A stretch of DNA of 32,000 bases. It comes from Aliivibrio fischeri ES114 (GTDB taxonomy: Bacteria; Pseudomonadota; Gammaproteobacteria; Enterobacterales; Vibrionaceae). The position numbers were made by a program, and so were the translations under genes. How positions within the stretch are numbered: the stretch's first letter is position 1; each line of letters begins with the position of its first letter. This document shows, one piece after another, positions 9,504 through 18,001 of this stretch. The notes beneath the pieces are model-generated. The model did no database searches and was not told where the DNA came from. It saw nothing but the letters and a program-made list of their open reading frames with translations. The stretch lies in NCBI RefSeq assembly GCF_000011805.1, contig NC_006840.2; one strand, given 5' to 3'.

Positions 9504-10298
9504 ATGTTTAACGTCTCTTTTTTTACAAAAAACAAAACTTTTTTATCTATTTCACTCCTCTGCTTTGCTTTATTGGGATGTACAAGCACACCTCCACATC
9601 CTATCACTCAAAAAATTGAGCAAAACATGGTGTCCGTTCAAGGTGGAGAGTTTCAAATGGGCTCTAACGCCCCTGAAGCGAAAAAATCCGAAAAGCCAGA
9701 ACATTCTGTATTTGTTGATGATTTCTATATTTCTAAGTTCGAAGTTACTCAAGAAATTTTTGAATCAGTAATGGGCTCTTCTCTTAGCTATTTCCAAGAT
9801 CCTAATGTTCCAGTTAATAACTTAAGCTGGCAGCAGGCTAATTTTTTCATTCAAAAATTAAATGAGCTGACAGGTGAAACTTATCGACTACCAACCGAAG
9901 CTGAATGGGAATACGCTGCTCGTGGAGGAAATTTAAGTAAAGGTTATATCTATAGTGGTTCAAACAATATTGATGATGTGGCTTGGTACTCTAAAAACGC
10001 CAATAACCGTGCGCATCCAATTGGAATGAAACAACCAAATGAACTAGGCTTGTATGATATGACGGGGAACGTTGGTGAGTTTGTAAGTGACGCCTATGAT
10101 GATAATTTTTATCGCGTTTCACCAAAAAATAACCCTAACAACGCACGTGATGAAGCAAGTGGTTTAGTTCATAAATCAGTTCGCGGCAGTAGCTTTTCTT
10201 ACGATGCAGATGAATCAGAAAACTATCGACGTGATTTTGCCAGTCAGTCTATTATCATGTCGGATATGGGATTACGTTTAGTAAGAGATAAAAACTAA
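9504..10298 (+). CDS. SUMF1/formylglycine-generating-enzyme-like domain lipoprotein (probably non-catalytic)
   Basis: Lipobox CFALLGC; SUMF1 signatures MVSVQGGEFQMGS, YRLPTEAEWEYAARGG, GLYDMTGNVGEFVSDAY, VRGSSF. No Cys after the lipobox cysteine. Confidence 0.88.
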   Translation: MFNVSFFTKNKTFLSISLLCFALLGCTSTPPHPITQKIEQNMVSVQGGEFQMGSNAPEAKKSEKPEHSVFVDDFYISKFEVTQEIFESVMGSSLSYFQDPNVPVNNLSWQQANFFIQKLNELTGETYRLPTEAEWEYAARGGNLSKGYIYSGSNNIDDVAWYSKNANNRAHPIGMKQPNELGLYDMTGNVGEFVSDAYDDNFYRVSPKNNPNNARDEASGLVHKSVRGSSFSYDADESENYRRDFASQSIIMSDMGLRLVRDKN

Positions 10299-10340
10299 AC
10301 TAACTAAAAGTCTTCATTCAAAATTAATTCTTCACAAATA

Positions 10341-10373
10341 AAAACAGCGCCGAAAATTCAGCGCTGTTTGTTT
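10341..10373. terminator. Bidirectional Rho-independent terminator
   Basis: AAACAGCGC cgaaaattca GCGCTGTTTgttt between convergent CDSs. Confidence 0.8.
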
Positions 10374-11277
10374 AAAAGACATTTTTAGCTGCTTTTTGAA
10401 TTTGTTGTCGCAACCAACGATGGCCACTATCATTACTTCGACTTGGATGCCAAATGCTACATAAATCGTGTTGTTGACGATTCAAAGGTAAATCTAAAGA
10501 TTTCAAATTGTAGTAATCGCCTAAATCATCAATAGATGACTGAGGTAACATCCCAATCATCTCAGTAGACCCAATAATTGGCATCATTTCAAAGGCACCA
10601 GCTGCTCGAATAACAATATTACGAGCTTCTAATTCTCCAATATCTTCAGCATTCAATAAGCTGCTTCGGCTATGCCAACGAGACGCGGCAACATGCTCTT
10701 CACTTAAGAATTGTTCAAGGCTAATTGAATCCCCTATTCTTGGGTGATCTTTACTGCATACGACTCTTAATCTTTCAGTATAAACTACCTCAGATTTTAA
10801 AATAGTGCGTCCACGAATAGCCATATCAATCACCAGATCGTAACGCTGTAAACGTAAGTCTGACTCTAGATCTTCAGTAAATTGAGGATGTATTTCTAAC
10901 GAAATATTAGGTGCAGATGAACGAAGCTGTTTCACCAATTTTGGTATTAATGAATAATTCACCGTAGACACAACCGCAATTGAGAAAATTCGATTGGATG
11001 TCTTAGGATCAAATTCTCTTGATGCTGACAACGTAGAAGTAAAATTCTTAAGTGCTGCAGACATTGCGGGGTAAATATCTGAAGCAAAAACGGTGGGTTC
11101 TACTCCCGTCGTATTTCGATGAAAAAGTGCATCATCATAGATTTCTCGTAGACGTTTTAATGCTTTACTCACCGCAGGTTGGCTAATATTCATTCTTATT
11201 GCCGCCTTTGAGAGGTTTTTCTCTTCATAGATGGCGACAAAAATAGGGATCAAGTTTAGTTCTGTGCTTTTCATAAT
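10372..11277 (-). CDS. LysR family transcriptional regulator
   Basis: N-terminal wHTH: LNLIPIFVAIYEEKNLSKAAIRMNISQPAVSKALKRLREIYDDALFHR. The start may be 11277 (MKSTEL) or 11286. Confidence 0.93.
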   Translation of the reverse strand: MMKSTELNLIPIFVAIYEEKNLSKAAIRMNISQPAVSKALKRLREIYDDALFHRNTTGVEPTVFASDIYPAMSAALKNFTSTLSASREFDPKTSNRIFSIAVVSTVNYSLIPKLVKQLRSSAPNISLEIHPQFTEDLESDLRLQRYDLVIDMAIRGRTILKSEVVYTERLRVVCSKDHPRIGDSISLEQFLSEEHVAASRWHSRSSLLNAEDIGELEARNIVIRAAGAFEMMPIIGSTEMIGMLPQSSIDDLGDYYNLKSLDLPLNRQQHDLCSIWHPSRSNDSGHRWLRQQIQKAAKNVF

Positions 11278-11364
11278 AACCGACACGGCTGATTCATCCT
11301 GATTTCACTTTATATAACTGAGCAGATGAAACAAGTGCAGTCCATCAGTTCTGTGTTGATTATC

Positions 11365-12675
11365 TTACTTTTTCGTTTTGCTTATTCGATACTTATTCAG
11401 CTGAGGCAAAGCTTTCTTAAATTTAATTATTTCACCTAATCGATATTTCGCCGTATCTCTACGATTAATTGCTTTCCACAACCGTTTAGATAGTGACGTT
11501 GTCACCTCTTCGTTTTGAAATTGTGTTGTTTCACTCTGCCATTCTTGCTTGCTTTCATACGCTTTGAGCTCAACGAGATGATCTGTTTCTCTTAATAAAC
11601 GATAAAGCAACATTCTAACTGTTCCCCATTCCTCTTGATTTACCGCTCTAGAATATACGAGCCATGCAGGAAGTGGATGAGTTTGATAATAACGCACGGT
11701 TTTAATAGCAGCGACGATAATAAGAAGAAGAATGAATACACAAACTGCGAATGGTTTCCAATATTCAATAAACCAAGAGCGCAAAGTGTGTGATACCGCA
11801 AAGGTTTGCCCTTCAATATTAATCGTTTTTAATTCACCTGCATCAACATCCCACCAAACTAACTCAAGAGCAGGAAACGTAACTTCTCCACCAGTTTGTA
11901 ATACATAAACTGAAGATTCTTCTCGTTGAGATAAATAGTCACCTCGAGTTTGTGTATCACTCAATTTAGGTGGTTGATTATAGGTTTGATAGTGCGTGCT
12001 TGATGTCGCTGGCAAAATCTCAGGGATCAACATTGCAAGTGTATCAGCCCCTTTAATCGTAATCGTACGAGTTATCGAATCGCCGGCTTCGAGTTCTGAA
12101 TTAGACGTATCCCATTTTTGTTGCACGGTAAAATCTAAACCAGACACCCATTGTTGTTTATCGTCAAGTAACCCAGACGGTTTAATTACTTTAAATGTTT
12201 GAGCTTGGGTATAAATGGTTCCTGAGACATTACCTACACCTTCTTTTGATACTTGCACTTTTACCGCCGCAGGAGGAATAACATAAGTACCTGCTTTTTG
12301 AGGATATAATGTCACTTCCCAGCGTTGGTGTGTCCAAGTTACTCCGTTTTTACGTTCTGTAAAATTAGTTGCAAGTTGATTACGTTGTTTAACTGCAACG
12401 TTGGGAATATCAATTGCAGCAATGCGAGTACCGCCTGTAAACCACCTTGGAGTAACCACTTCTATATACAAAATAATTTGTTGATTAATGGCATATGCTT
12501 TCTGCTCTTCATCTGTTTTTGATGGTTCACTTAACCACGTTTTAATCGAGACATTATCAGCACTTTCAAGTTTGTTCGCTGCATTGGATCTTGCACTGAA
12601 ACTTACCGTAATAAGCAGTACTATCATAAATACAAGAAGGTGTATTAAACGTCGTTTATCATTATGCTGAGACAT
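11365..12675 (-). CDS. BatD-like membrane/periplasmic protein of an aerotolerance-type operon
   Basis: Signal peptide, beta-rich periplasmic region (QKAGTYVIPPAAVKV...GGEVTFPALELVWWDVDAGEL), C-terminal TM; last gene of the MoxR-Bat-like operon. Confidence 0.8.
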   Translation of the reverse strand: MSQHNDKRRLIHLLVFMIVLLITVSFSARSNAANKLESADNVSIKTWLSEPSKTDEEQKAYAINQQIILYIEVVTPRWFTGGTRIAAIDIPNVAVKQRNQLATNFTERKNGVTWTHQRWEVTLYPQKAGTYVIPPAAVKVQVSKEGVGNVSGTIYTQAQTFKVIKPSGLLDDKQQWVSGLDFTVQQKWDTSNSELEAGDSITRTITIKGADTLAMLIPEILPATSSTHYQTYNQPPKLSDTQTRGDYLSQREESSVYVLQTGGEVTFPALELVWWDVDAGELKTINIEGQTFAVSHTLRSWFIEYWKPFAVCVFILLLIIVAAIKTVRYYQTHPLPAWLVYSRAVNQEEWGTVRMLLYRLLRETDHLVELKAYESKQEWQSETTQFQNEEVTTSLSKRLWKAINRRDTAKYRLGEIIKFKKALPQLNKYRISKTKK

Positions 12676-14372
12676 TATTTCACCTCTTCATTTTGCATTT
12701 GTGTATTACTTGTTTGTTCACGAAGTTGTAATTGGAACTTGGCACGCAAGAAATATTTTGGGTCAGCCTCAACACGACGAAGCCATTTGTCCGCCAACTC
12801 TTGGCTTCCTAAGATCTCATTTGCATTTAAACTTTCTTTCGTCATTAAAGAAGAGTCCACTTCTTCATCTGCACCATCACCGGTTCTAGGCTTATCATCA
12901 CCCAGTTCAAATGACTCTTCTGGGCCATCGGTCGTGCCTTTTTGGCTTTCACTCATCCGATTGACCTCATCAACAATGCCTTGCATGACGTTTAAGTTAT
13001 TCTGCGTTTTTTCTTTTAAATCAGGATCGAGATCTTTCTTTAACAACATACGATAGATGTTTCTCGCAGCAACATATTCTCTTTGTCGAGCCAACGCATT
13101 TGCAGCATTAAACATTCCTAAATCAGATTTCACAGCAATAAAAGCACTGTGAGCTAACTTATACTCACCTGCATAATAATACGCAGTACCCTTCATTAAT
13201 GGGTCTTGATAACTTTTTGCTGCTTTTAAATATTCTGATTTATCAAAATACCATTGCCCTTGTTGATCGGGGGTTAACCACAAATCCATCCACCAATCTG
13301 TCGTTTTTTCCCATAAAGTCACTTCTTTAACAGGTTCTTGAGTTTTCGCTTTTAAACTTACGGTTTCTGCATACGTTGGCACTGAATAAAATGTAGGGGA
13401 AACCAATACCACCACGAGGCACCATTTCACTAACCACCCCTTTCTGAACCATGACAACATAAGTAATGAAACAGGAAATAGTAGGTAGTAACCCATGTCT
13501 TTCCACGGCATAGCTGATTCATTATTTAATTGCATATGTCGCTCGACTCTACTGTTTAAGCTACGAACATCGCTATCATCCACAGTAACGCTTATAACGC
13601 TTCCACCACTTTTACTTGCTAATTTTTTTAATGAGGCATAATCCATCGGATTCTCACTCGCTCTGTTTTCATTGCCGGCAGCAAGCACAAGCAGCTGATG
13701 ACGACTCTTAGAAAAGTATTTCTCATAAGCCGCGATGGTTTCAGGGTTAGCGCCATCCGTAATTAATAACACGGTTCCCGCACTCTCTGTCCCTAATTGA
13801 GGCTCAATGAGTGGTAATGCACTTTCTGCATTCTTCCCTTCTATAGGCATGATATCTGGCTGAATCGCTGCTAAGAATGGCGCAAAAACGGAGTTATCTT
13901 TGGTTAACGGCATAGCCAAGTGTGAAGTTCCCGAAAAGACAACAAGCCCTGTTTTCCCACCTTTACGTAATGCAATCAAATCTCGAATTTTTTGCTTAGA
14001 GCGCTCTAATCGATTCGGAGCTAGATCTTTTTGCAACATGGATTCACTATTATCTAATACAATAAGCAATGCGGCTTTATCTTCACCAAATGGCGAAGCC
14101 TCACGCTCCCATGTAGGACCAGCACAAACCACAATGGCTACGAGCATAGAAGCAGCCAATAATTTTAGTGGTAGTTGTTTTTTCCAACCAACATCATTGA
14201 CCGTTAGCACTGAACGAAGGTGTTTTGGTAATTCTTGTTGCCACTCATTTTTACTGTCTTGTTTCCAACGTAAATAAATAACAATACTTAATGGAATCAA
14301 GGCCAATAGCCATAGTGGACGAATAAAATGAAATTCATTGACAATTTGTTGCCACATCAGAAGATCAAACAT
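12675..14372 (-). CDS. VWA plus TPR protein (BatB/BatC-like)
   Basis: VWA MIDAS LLIVLDNSESM, two TM helices, TPR region (GTAYYYAGEYKLAHSAFIAVKSDLGMFNAANALARQREYVAARNIY). Start set at MFDLLMWQQ with a good SD (aggagaaaagc). Confidence 0.88.
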   Translation of the reverse strand: MFDLLMWQQIVNEFHFIRPLWLLALIPLSIVIYLRWKQDSKNEWQQELPKHLRSVLTVNDVGWKKQLPLKLLAASMLVAIVVCAGPTWEREASPFGEDKAALLIVLDNSESMLQKDLAPNRLERSKQKIRDLIALRKGGKTGLVVFSGTSHLAMPLTKDNSVFAPFLAAIQPDIMPIEGKNAESALPLIEPQLGTESAGTVLLITDGANPETIAAYEKYFSKSRHQLLVLAAGNENRASENPMDYASLKKLASKSGGSVISVTVDDSDVRSLNSRVERHMQLNNESAMPWKDMGYYLLFPVSLLMLSWFRKGWLVKWCLVVVLVSPTFYSVPTYAETVSLKAKTQEPVKEVTLWEKTTDWWMDLWLTPDQQGQWYFDKSEYLKAAKSYQDPLMKGTAYYYAGEYKLAHSAFIAVKSDLGMFNAANALARQREYVAARNIYRMLLKKDLDPDLKEKTQNNLNVMQGIVDEVNRMSESQKGTTDGPEESFELGDDKPRTGDGADEEVDSSLMTKESLNANEILGSQELADKWLRRVEADPKYFLRAKFQLQLREQTSNTQMQNEEVK

Positions 14373-15435
14373 GCTTTTCTCCTGCTTTTTTTGAAGAAGA
14401 TGAAAAATGACGTCTAATAGTGGCGAAACCAAAGGCAAACAAATACATCGCAACAATTAGCATTGCTGGGTATTGGTGAATTGACTGCTTTGGTCGGTAA
14501 GTCGTACTTTCATAAAGCTGAGGCTCTAACTCACCAATTTCATCATAAGCTTGTTCTAATTCATCACGGTTAATCGCCTGGAATGCTTTACCTCCAGACT
14601 CTTTAGCAACACGATTAATGATGTTCATATCCAATGCTTGCTCACCCACAGTTCGAGGATCACCCATTGCAATCATATGTATACGCACGTCTTTCGCTGC
14701 TGCAACTTTTGCGGCATCAATAGGTTCAACATAACTGCCAGTGTCGTTACCATCCGTTAAAACAATTGCGACTTTTTCTCGTGGTTTTGCATTTTCTTCT
14801 GCTGACGCTTTATCTTCGCTGCTCTGCTCAAACACTTTAATCGCAAGGCCGATAGCGTCACCTAGATGGGTACTTTGCCCTGCCATTGCAACGTCTGTTT
14901 GATTCAACAATTCAAGCCAAACGGATTGATCAGCCGTGAATGGCGTTTGTACAAAGGCGGCATCGCCAAATAAAATAAGTCCTAAACGATCCCCTTTACG
15001 TGTCTTAACAAAATCGGCTAATACTTCCTTTGTTGCTTCTAGACGTGAAATCTTCTTTACTGCGCCTAAATCTGACGATTGTTTAGAGACAAAATCTTGC
15101 TCAGCCATTGAACCAGATAAATCCACCACAACCATGACATCACGACCTAAACTTTCACGGGTTTGTGGCTCTCCTAATATCGTAGGCTTTGTTAAAGCAA
15201 AAATAAGCAGACACCACGACACAACCAAAAATGCTTTTTGCCATAAACTTGCACTTAATTGACTCGCACCTTCTGATGGTTCCTCATCTAAAGCTTTAAC
15301 CAATACATCAAAAAATGGCACTTTAATCGCTGATTGACGTGTTCGATATGCAGGTATAAACCAATATATTATCAGTGGTAAAGGAAGCATCCATAACCAA
15401 TATGGATTTGCTAATTCAAGTTGATCAAACGGCAT
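14365..15435 (-). CDS. VWA domain membrane protein (BatA-like)
   Basis: MIDAS DVMVVVDLSGSMAEQDF, N-terminal ELANPYWLWMLPLPLIIYW and C-terminal TM. Confidence 0.9.
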   Translation of the reverse strand: MPFDQLELANPYWLWMLPLPLIIYWFIPAYRTRQSAIKVPFFDVLVKALDEEPSEGASQLSASLWQKAFLVVSWCLLIFALTKPTILGEPQTRESLGRDVMVVVDLSGSMAEQDFVSKQSSDLGAVKKISRLEATKEVLADFVKTRKGDRLGLILFGDAAFVQTPFTADQSVWLELLNQTDVAMAGQSTHLGDAIGLAIKVFEQSSEDKASAEENAKPREKVAIVLTDGNDTGSYVEPIDAAKVAAAKDVRIHMIAMGDPRTVGEQALDMNIINRVAKESGGKAFQAINRDELEQAYDEIGELEPQLYESTTYRPKQSIHQYPAMLIVAMYLFAFGFATIRRHFSSSSKKAGEKHV

Positions 15436-15964
15436 AATCCTCTCCTTTTTTAATATCTTGGCTCGCCGTTTTTATATCTTTATGACTTTCTAACCAATCG
15501 ATACACAACGCAAATAAGGCTGCAATTTCTTGTTCATTTAATGCTTTTTGTGATTGAACTAATGAGCGCATCCATTTTTCACCTAATTCTGAATGAAATG
15601 TCTCTTTGTCATCGTTTCCATATGAATCAAGTGCCTTCAAAAAAGCATCTCCAAATTGATTAGAGCGACTCGGGTCGATATACACTAATACCGCTTTCAT
15701 CACTTCAAATATTTCATAACTGATAGATTGATTAGGTACTTGTGAATCTCGCAGTAATAAAATTACATCCAATGCTTCACGACGATAGCGATTTATCCAC
15801 CATCGTTTTAGCCATAGCACACTTTTGTAGACAATAAATGCAAGCAATACAAATGCGAGAATTTTCCATCCAATGGTCTGAGGAAACCAACTGACGTGTT
15901 CAGGAACCGTCACTTCACTTAATTTTTTTAATATATAACTGCTAGGTGGCTGATGTATGCTCAT
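15425..15964 (-). CDS. DUF4381-like membrane protein
   Basis: Short protein with an N-terminal TM (WKILAFVLLAFIVYKSVLWLKRWW) in the typical position between DUF58 and the VWA gene; overlaps its neighbours. Confidence 0.8.
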   Translation of the reverse strand: MSIHQPPSSYILKKLSEVTVPEHVSWFPQTIGWKILAFVLLAFIVYKSVLWLKRWWINRYRREALDVILLLRDSQVPNQSISYEIFEVMKAVLVYIDPSRSNQFGDAFLKALDSYGNDDKETFHSELGEKWMRSLVQSQKALNEQEIAALFALCIDWLESHKDIKTASQDIKKGEDYAV

Positions 15965-16902
15965 CGACGTCCTCCTATTGCACGCTTGAACTGCTCAATA
16001 TGAGATCCTGACGTATCCACTTCTATAGTAGGAAGTCCTTTTGCTGCCATTAATTGAATAAGTTGTTCTTTTTTCAATGACTGATGCTCAGTAAGTCCTT
16101 TGTTCGCTAAATCAAATTTTTTGGCATCATTTAGATTAATTTGAAAATCCCCATCACCAACAACCCATTCATTATTTAATGAAGGAAACATTGATTCGAA
16201 AGGATCAGAGATAAGAACACCAAGCACATCATTATGTTTTTGAAGGTGTTTTAAATGAGTAACATCATCAGGGGTTGCACCACTCCAATCACTCAAAATA
16301 ATAATCGTAGCTTCTTTGAGTTTTAAACGACCAAGCAGGGTGACAAATTGTGTAAAACTAACGGAATCAACATCGGTGCTTGTCACGTTTAAAGATTGAT
16401 TTGAACTTGCTAACAATTGCAATCGATGGAGCAAATCACCTTGAGAACGTTTTGGTGTCAACCAATGTAATTTCTCAGTTGCATTAATGACAAAACCAAC
16501 ACGATCACTGTCTTGCAAAATGCGCCATGCCGTTAAAGCGGCTAATTCCGCCGCAACAACCGATTTCATCGTATCGACCGATGAAAAAAACATACTACTG
16601 CGTTGATCAACACAGATAATAAAATTTCGATCTTTCTCTTCGGTATAAGAACGAACATGAGGTTTGCCTGTTCGCATGGTCACTTTCCAATCAAGATTTC
16701 GAATATCATCCCCTAATTGGTAGTGCCTTAACTCTTCAAAATTTAATCCGCGTCCACGAAATACTGAAGAGTGACGACCAGACAATGCCGTCCCTGATTT
16801 TAGGTTAGGAAGCAAACTAAAAAAACCAGCTTGAGACTGTAATTTTACCAGTTTGCTATATTCACAGTATATGCGTGCGTCTGTGCTTTTCTCTGTCATC
16901 AA
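15961..16902 (-). CDS. DUF58 domain-containing protein
   Basis: SGRHSSVFRGRGLNFEELRHYQLGDDIRNLDWKVTMRTGKPHVRSYTEEKDR is the canonical DUF58 signature. Confidence 0.93.
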   Translation of the reverse strand: MMTEKSTDARIYCEYSKLVKLQSQAGFFSLLPNLKSGTALSGRHSSVFRGRGLNFEELRHYQLGDDIRNLDWKVTMRTGKPHVRSYTEEKDRNFIICVDQRSSMFFSSVDTMKSVVAAELAALTAWRILQDSDRVGFVINATEKLHWLTPKRSQGDLLHRLQLLASSNQSLNVTSTDVDSVSFTQFVTLLGRLKLKEATIIILSDWSGATPDDVTHLKHLQKHNDVLGVLISDPFESMFPSLNNEWVVGDGDFQINLNDAKKFDLANKGLTEHQSLKKEQLIQLMAAKGLPTIEVDTSGSHIEQFKRAIGGRR

Positions 16903-16907
16903 AAGCC

Positions 16908-17921
16908 CTACCCAATAACAACGTGATCCAATAATTCATTTATCACTTGCTCTTGTGTCACTCCATCCGCTAAAGCGTCATAACTTAACGTAACACGATG
17001 GCCGAGAACTAAGTATGCCATTGCTCGAATATCATCGGGCTCTACATAATCTCTACCTTGTAACCAAGCATAGGCACGGGCACATTTATCTAATGCAATA
17101 GATGCTCGTGGACTTGAACCAACTTCAACCCAACGAGATAAATTAGATTCTGCGTAACGCTCAGGCTTACGTGTCGCCATCACTAACGCCACAATATAGC
17201 GCTCACTGATTTCTGAAACTTCAATTTTGGACAGCTCCGCTCTCGCTTGCATAACTACCGACGGATCTAATTGAATAGCATCAGGCTTAGGAATCGTGTC
17301 ATTTTCTGAACACTCCTTATCCGATGGCTTGTTATCCAGATTTTCTTCGCTTCTTACTAAACGAATAATATCTAGCTCAGCATCATCATCAGGATAATCA
17401 ACAGATACTTTCATAATAAAGCGGTCCATTTGCGCTTCTGGCAATGGATACGTTCCTTCTTGCTCTACGGGGTTTTGTGTTGCTAGTACCATAAATAAAT
17501 CAGGCAAAGTATGTGTTCTATCACCAACGGTGATCGTTCCTTCAGCCATTGCCTCTAAAAGCGCTGCTTGAACTTTCGCAGGCGCCCTATTGATTTCGTC
17601 CGCAAGAACGATACTGTTAAAAATAGGGCCAGGTTGGAAATTCAATTGTGGTTTACCATTTTGCTCTTGATAGACCTCTGTTCCGGTAACATCAGAAGGC
17701 AAAAGATCTGGAGTAAACTGAATACGACCAAATGATGTATGTAAATTATCAGCCAACGATTTTACTGAGCGTGTTTTTGCCGTACCAGGCAAACCTTCAA
17801 GCAAAACATGACCTTGAGTAAGTAACCCAATAACTAATGAACGAACAACATGAGCTTGACCAATAACTGATTGCTCAACCTGTGACATAAGTGTATTTAT
17901 TGCTTGTTGCGTTTGGTTCAT
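16908..17921 (-). CDS. MoxR family AAA+ ATPase
   Basis: Walker A GLPGTAKT, Walker B IVLADEINRAPAKVQAALLEAMAEG, sensor LATQNPVEQEGTYPLPEAQMDRF. Confidence 0.95.
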   Translation of the reverse strand: MNQTQQAINTLMSQVEQSVIGQAHVVRSLVIGLLTQGHVLLEGLPGTAKTRSVKSLADNLHTSFGRIQFTPDLLPSDVTGTEVYQEQNGKPQLNFQPGPIFNSIVLADEINRAPAKVQAALLEAMAEGTITVGDRTHTLPDLFMVLATQNPVEQEGTYPLPEAQMDRFIMKVSVDYPDDDAELDIIRLVRSEENLDNKPSDKECSENDTIPKPDAIQLDPSVVMQARAELSKIEVSEISERYIVALVMATRKPERYAESNLSRWVEVGSSPRASIALDKCARAYAWLQGRDYVEPDDIRAMAYLVLGHRVTLSYDALADGVTQEQVINELLDHVVIG

Positions 17922-17978
17922 GTTTCCTCCTAAACCCGATACGATTCGTTATCCATATTCATTGTAAGTAAATTAACT

Positions 17979-17993
17979 ATAACTATTGGTTAT
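17979..17993. promoter_or_regulatory. Inverted repeat ATAAC-TATTG-GTTAT, candidate operator upstream of the moxR/bat operon
   Basis: Perfect 5-bp arms; fits LysR-type T-N11-A. A related site is at 22131-22145. Confidence 0.45.
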
Positions 17994-18001
17994 ACACATC
18001 A

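Noticed and set aside
9368-9771. Small ORFs 9368-9607 (-), 9493-9771 (+) and 9570-9752 (-) around the lipoprotein start
   Set aside because: They overlap the well-supported SUMF1-like CDS or the divergent promoter region and have low-complexity or unconvincing sequences.
9504-10298. Functional aerobic formylglycine-generating enzyme
   Set aside because: No cysteines exist downstream of the lipobox, so the catalytic Cys pair of FGE is missing; catalysis is not supported.
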